From an uncultured virus (IMG/VR IMGVR_UViG_3300030044_000012) (taxonomy: Duplodnaviria > Heunggongvirae > Uroviricota > Caudoviricetes): a stretch of 20,000 nucleotides of DNA. Both the position numbers and the translations under genes were made by a program. The notes below the pieces were generated by a model. The model was not told the origin of the DNA and searched no databases. It saw only the letters and a program-made list of their open reading frames with translations. This document shows, one piece after another, positions 18,194-20,000 of the stretch; the first letter of the stretch is position 1; the number at the start of each line of letters is the position of its first letter. The stretch lies in the IMG/VR virus record IMGVR_UViG_3300030044_000012. One strand, given 5' to 3'.

Positions 18194-18340
18194 TCATTTC
18201 CTTAATACTTGTTCCAAAAGTCCAGCAATGTAAATCAACAAGCGAATAATTAAGACCGTCTCAGCAGACCACACCGAGGTTATCTTATCGGCCTCCGCCT
18301 GTGCTTCTACAGAGGAGTCAATCCTTGGAAAATGACTCAT
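18194..18340 (-). CDS. small protein (48 aa) with a hydrophobic C-terminal segment
   Basis: MSHFPRIDSSVEAQAEADKITSVWSAETVLIIRLLIYIAGLLEQVLRK; starts 3 nt after the stop of 18344..18571. Confidence 0.55.
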   Translation of the reverse strand: MSHFPRIDSSVEAQAEADKITSVWSAETVLIIRLLIYIAGLLEQVLRK

Positions 18341-18343
18341 GGC

Positions 18344-18571
18344 CTAAACAGTTACGTCATTAACATAAACAGTCACGTCATCAACAGCGAGTTCAGTGCC
18401 TGTCGGGAGGTCCAAATCCCCCTCCACAAACACAGCACCCGGAGGAAGCTCACCGATAGTTATCGGGATGCGGGTTTGGGTCGTCGGGCAGTGCAAGAAA
18501 AACAAAAGCCCTTCGCGAACCACTCGCCACCTCGGGCAACCGTTATACTCCAGAATGATTCCCTGTGCCAT
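18344..18571 (-). CDS. small hypothetical protein (75 aa)
   Basis: ATG preceded by GAAAGGAAAG; natural-looking sequence; lies directly 3' of the structured region. Confidence 0.7.
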   Translation of the reverse strand: MAQGIILEYNGCPRWRVVREGLLFFLHCPTTQTRIPITIGELPPGAVFVEGDLDLPTGTELAVDDVTVYVNDVTV

Positions 18572-18589
18572 CGTGCTTTCCTTTCAAAC

Positions 18590-19597
18590 TCAAGGGCACC
18601 TTGCGATGCCCTTAAAGGGGACGTAGCGGTTTCCCGCGTCCCTCCACCACTTGCATTTTACAGATGCAAGAAACTGACTGGGAGTCACCCCATCTACCGC
18701 TCCACCGGCTTTTACGAAGCCGGAAACGTCTCCATGGGAGCCACTTGGTTTACGTCCAAGAACGGAGCCGAATAGCTCTCAGAGACTAGTATAACACCTC
18801 TGAGCCCTCCTCGTCCACCACTTAGTTTACGTCTAAGAACGCCCGGTTTAACGACCTTACCGGGAACGGCGAGATTGTCGTTCTGCCTGCCGCCTAGTTA
18901 ACGTCTAGGAACGCTTGAAGCGTGAAGCGTGAGCATCCGGCTCTGCTAGTTTACCGGATACGCCGCACTCCCCAACTACACTAGCATCGAGAGGAGCCGC
19001 TCTTAGTAGGATTAACTAACCTACCCACCCACTACACCCTTTTTGTTTTAATTCGGATGGTCGCCTAAGCGGAGTAACCGAATGTTCTGTGGGCTCTCAC
19101 GTGTTACCTTACTCATCCTGAGTGTACCATAACGGCTCTCCAATGAGCAAGCTCAATATCAATGGCGGTTTATGTGACGCCGCCAAACACCCCCTAAGTT
19201 ATCGAATCGGGAAGACGCCCCTGAGTAACGAAGTCAGAGGGCTCGACATCTAATTCACGGAGTAGACACCACACCGACCCTATGTTACGAGTCCGGGCAG
19301 GACACGTCTCGTTAAGTTTACGTTCCAGAGCGGAACGGCCTTATTTTACCTCCAAAGCGAGAGGATCGCGAAGCCCCAACATACGATTCAGGACTAGCAA
19401 TATCTGCGGATGTTCTCAATACTATGGGCACCGTATGAACATGGTTAACGGCCTGTTTAAGCCACTGGCTCCAGACCTTACGATGTGGAGGCATCCGCAT
19501 ATTTTAGGCCGGGAGAGGAGGTCGCCTAACAACTGCCGTGCGTGCTACACAGCCTGACGACCCGCGTGCCTCCCGGTTGGGGTTCGCACTAAACCCC
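18590..19597 (-). ncRNA. putative large structured non-coding RNA (or RNA cluster), ~1 kb, family unassigned
   Basis: No credible ORF. GNRA-capped hairpins on the minus strand (AAGGGCAUC-GCAA-GGUGCCCUU, CGG-GAAA-CCG, AUC-GUAA-GGU), G-U-rich stems, long-range helices (19492-19499 with 19405-19412; CCGGGAG/CUCCCGG) and repeated loop motifs. Confidence 0.65.
18644..18914 (-). repeat. array of six stem-loops: GUU(U)-stem-N(C/U)GU(A/U)AA-stem-YG(G)
   Basis: Hairpins at 18650-18670, 18705-18723, 18744-18760, 18821-18837, 18842-18864 and 18893-18909 with compensatory stem changes (CUUGG/CCAAG, CUUAG/CUAAG, CCUAG/CUAGG). Confidence 0.85.
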
Positions 19598-19741
19598 GGA
19601 AATAATCTCTTTGGCAATCTGTTCGCGAACTAACGCGATAATCTCCTCGGCAACATCAGTCTGCCGTGGATTTGCACCCTTGGCGAAAACGTAGCTGTCA
19701 ATCTTCTCAACGACTCGCGTAACCAAATCCTTTTCTTCCAT
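19589..19741 (-). CDS. small hypothetical protein (50 aa)
   Basis: MEEKDLVTRVVEKIDSYVFAKGANPRQTDVAEEIIALVREQIAKEIISGV; GGAG RBS 6 nt upstream; not in the provided ORF track. Confidence 0.7.
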   Translation of the reverse strand: MEEKDLVTRVVEKIDSYVFAKGANPRQTDVAEEIIALVREQIAKEIISGV

Positions 19742-19757
19742 GGGGTTCTCCAAAACC

Positions 19758-20000
19758 TATGGCGGTTTACGGACTCCGCCAAACGCCTCTATGTTTACGA
19801 AACCGAGGAGGCTCGTCCTAGTTACGTACAGAATAACGGCCTACTACTATGGGTCGAGGCTAGACTCATCTGTTTTTACAGTGCAGCTAACTGTTTCACA
19901 ATTGACGTTGACCTTCTTAGGGGTCACCGAGGTAGCAAACATACCTAACCTGACTTATAGCTCAGGCCCAGCGTTCCGGCAGCTAACGGGTCGCCGAACG
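19758..20000 (-). ncRNA. second structured RNA segment related to 19162-19341 (continues beyond the window)
   Basis: Shares ordered motifs AGGCCGUU...ACGUAA(A)CU...ACGAG...UCGUAA(A)CAUAG...GYGUUUGGCGG...UAAACCGCCAU with the first region; further hairpins to the window end. Confidence 0.6.

Noticed and set aside
18617..18649. Plus-strand GGGGACG...CGTCCCTCCACCA resembles tmRNA/tRNA termini
   Set aside because: The 5' and 3' look-alikes are only ~30 nt apart with no T-arm or body; on the minus strand it is simply a GAAA-capped hairpin
18644..18914. Possible CRISPR or TIGR array
   Set aside because: Repeats are not identical, spacing is irregular, no box C/D-like motifs were recognised and no Cas or Nop-domain gene is in the window
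19125..19142. Minus-strand GAGAGCCGUUAUG resembles the start of group II intron domain V
   Set aside because: The complementary ACGGUUC strand and domain VI are absent, and there is no reverse transcriptase
19070..19400. Minus-strand ACAGAACAUUCGGUUA resembles RNase P RNA conserved region V
   Set aside because: No GAGGAAAGUCC (CR I) is found, and AUUCGG has a local partner (CCGAAU); unsupported without a covariance-model hit
18332..19557. ORF-track entries 18332..18775(+), 18396..18626(+), 19282..19557(+), 19318..19500(-), and 18040..18249(+) just upstream
   Set aside because: No clear RBS or protein-like motifs; they overlap better-supported minus-strand genes, the tRNA or the structured RNA

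Overview
This window looks like part of a large tailed dsDNA phage genome (jumbo-phage-like; inferred from gene content). Most genes are on the minus strand. They include a stand-alone C-terminal half of an SbcC/Rad50-like ATPase, a probable sliding clamp, tail or adhesin-like virion proteins (one with DUF2793, one a 1.3-kaa multidomain protein), an HNH endonuclease, a portal protein with a large low-complexity insertion, a zinc-knuckle protein, a divergent family A DNA polymerase and a stand-alone CHC2 primase zinc finger. A short UDP-sugar dehydrogenase and an internally deleted endonuclease run on the plus strand, followed by a non-canonical tRNA-Phe on the minus strand. The most unusual part is 18590-20000, about 1.4 kb of mostly non-coding, densely base-paired sequence that reads as RNA on the minus strand (GNRA loops, G-U pairs). 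It contains about 12-14 hairpins with variable, covarying stems and a conserved NCGU(A/U/G)A(A/C) loop, many with a GUU(U) 5' flank. A homologous multi-hairpin module occurs twice, and small ORFs are interspersed. I cannot assign it to a known RNA family from sequence alone. All protein calls come from recognising motifs by eye; no searches were run.
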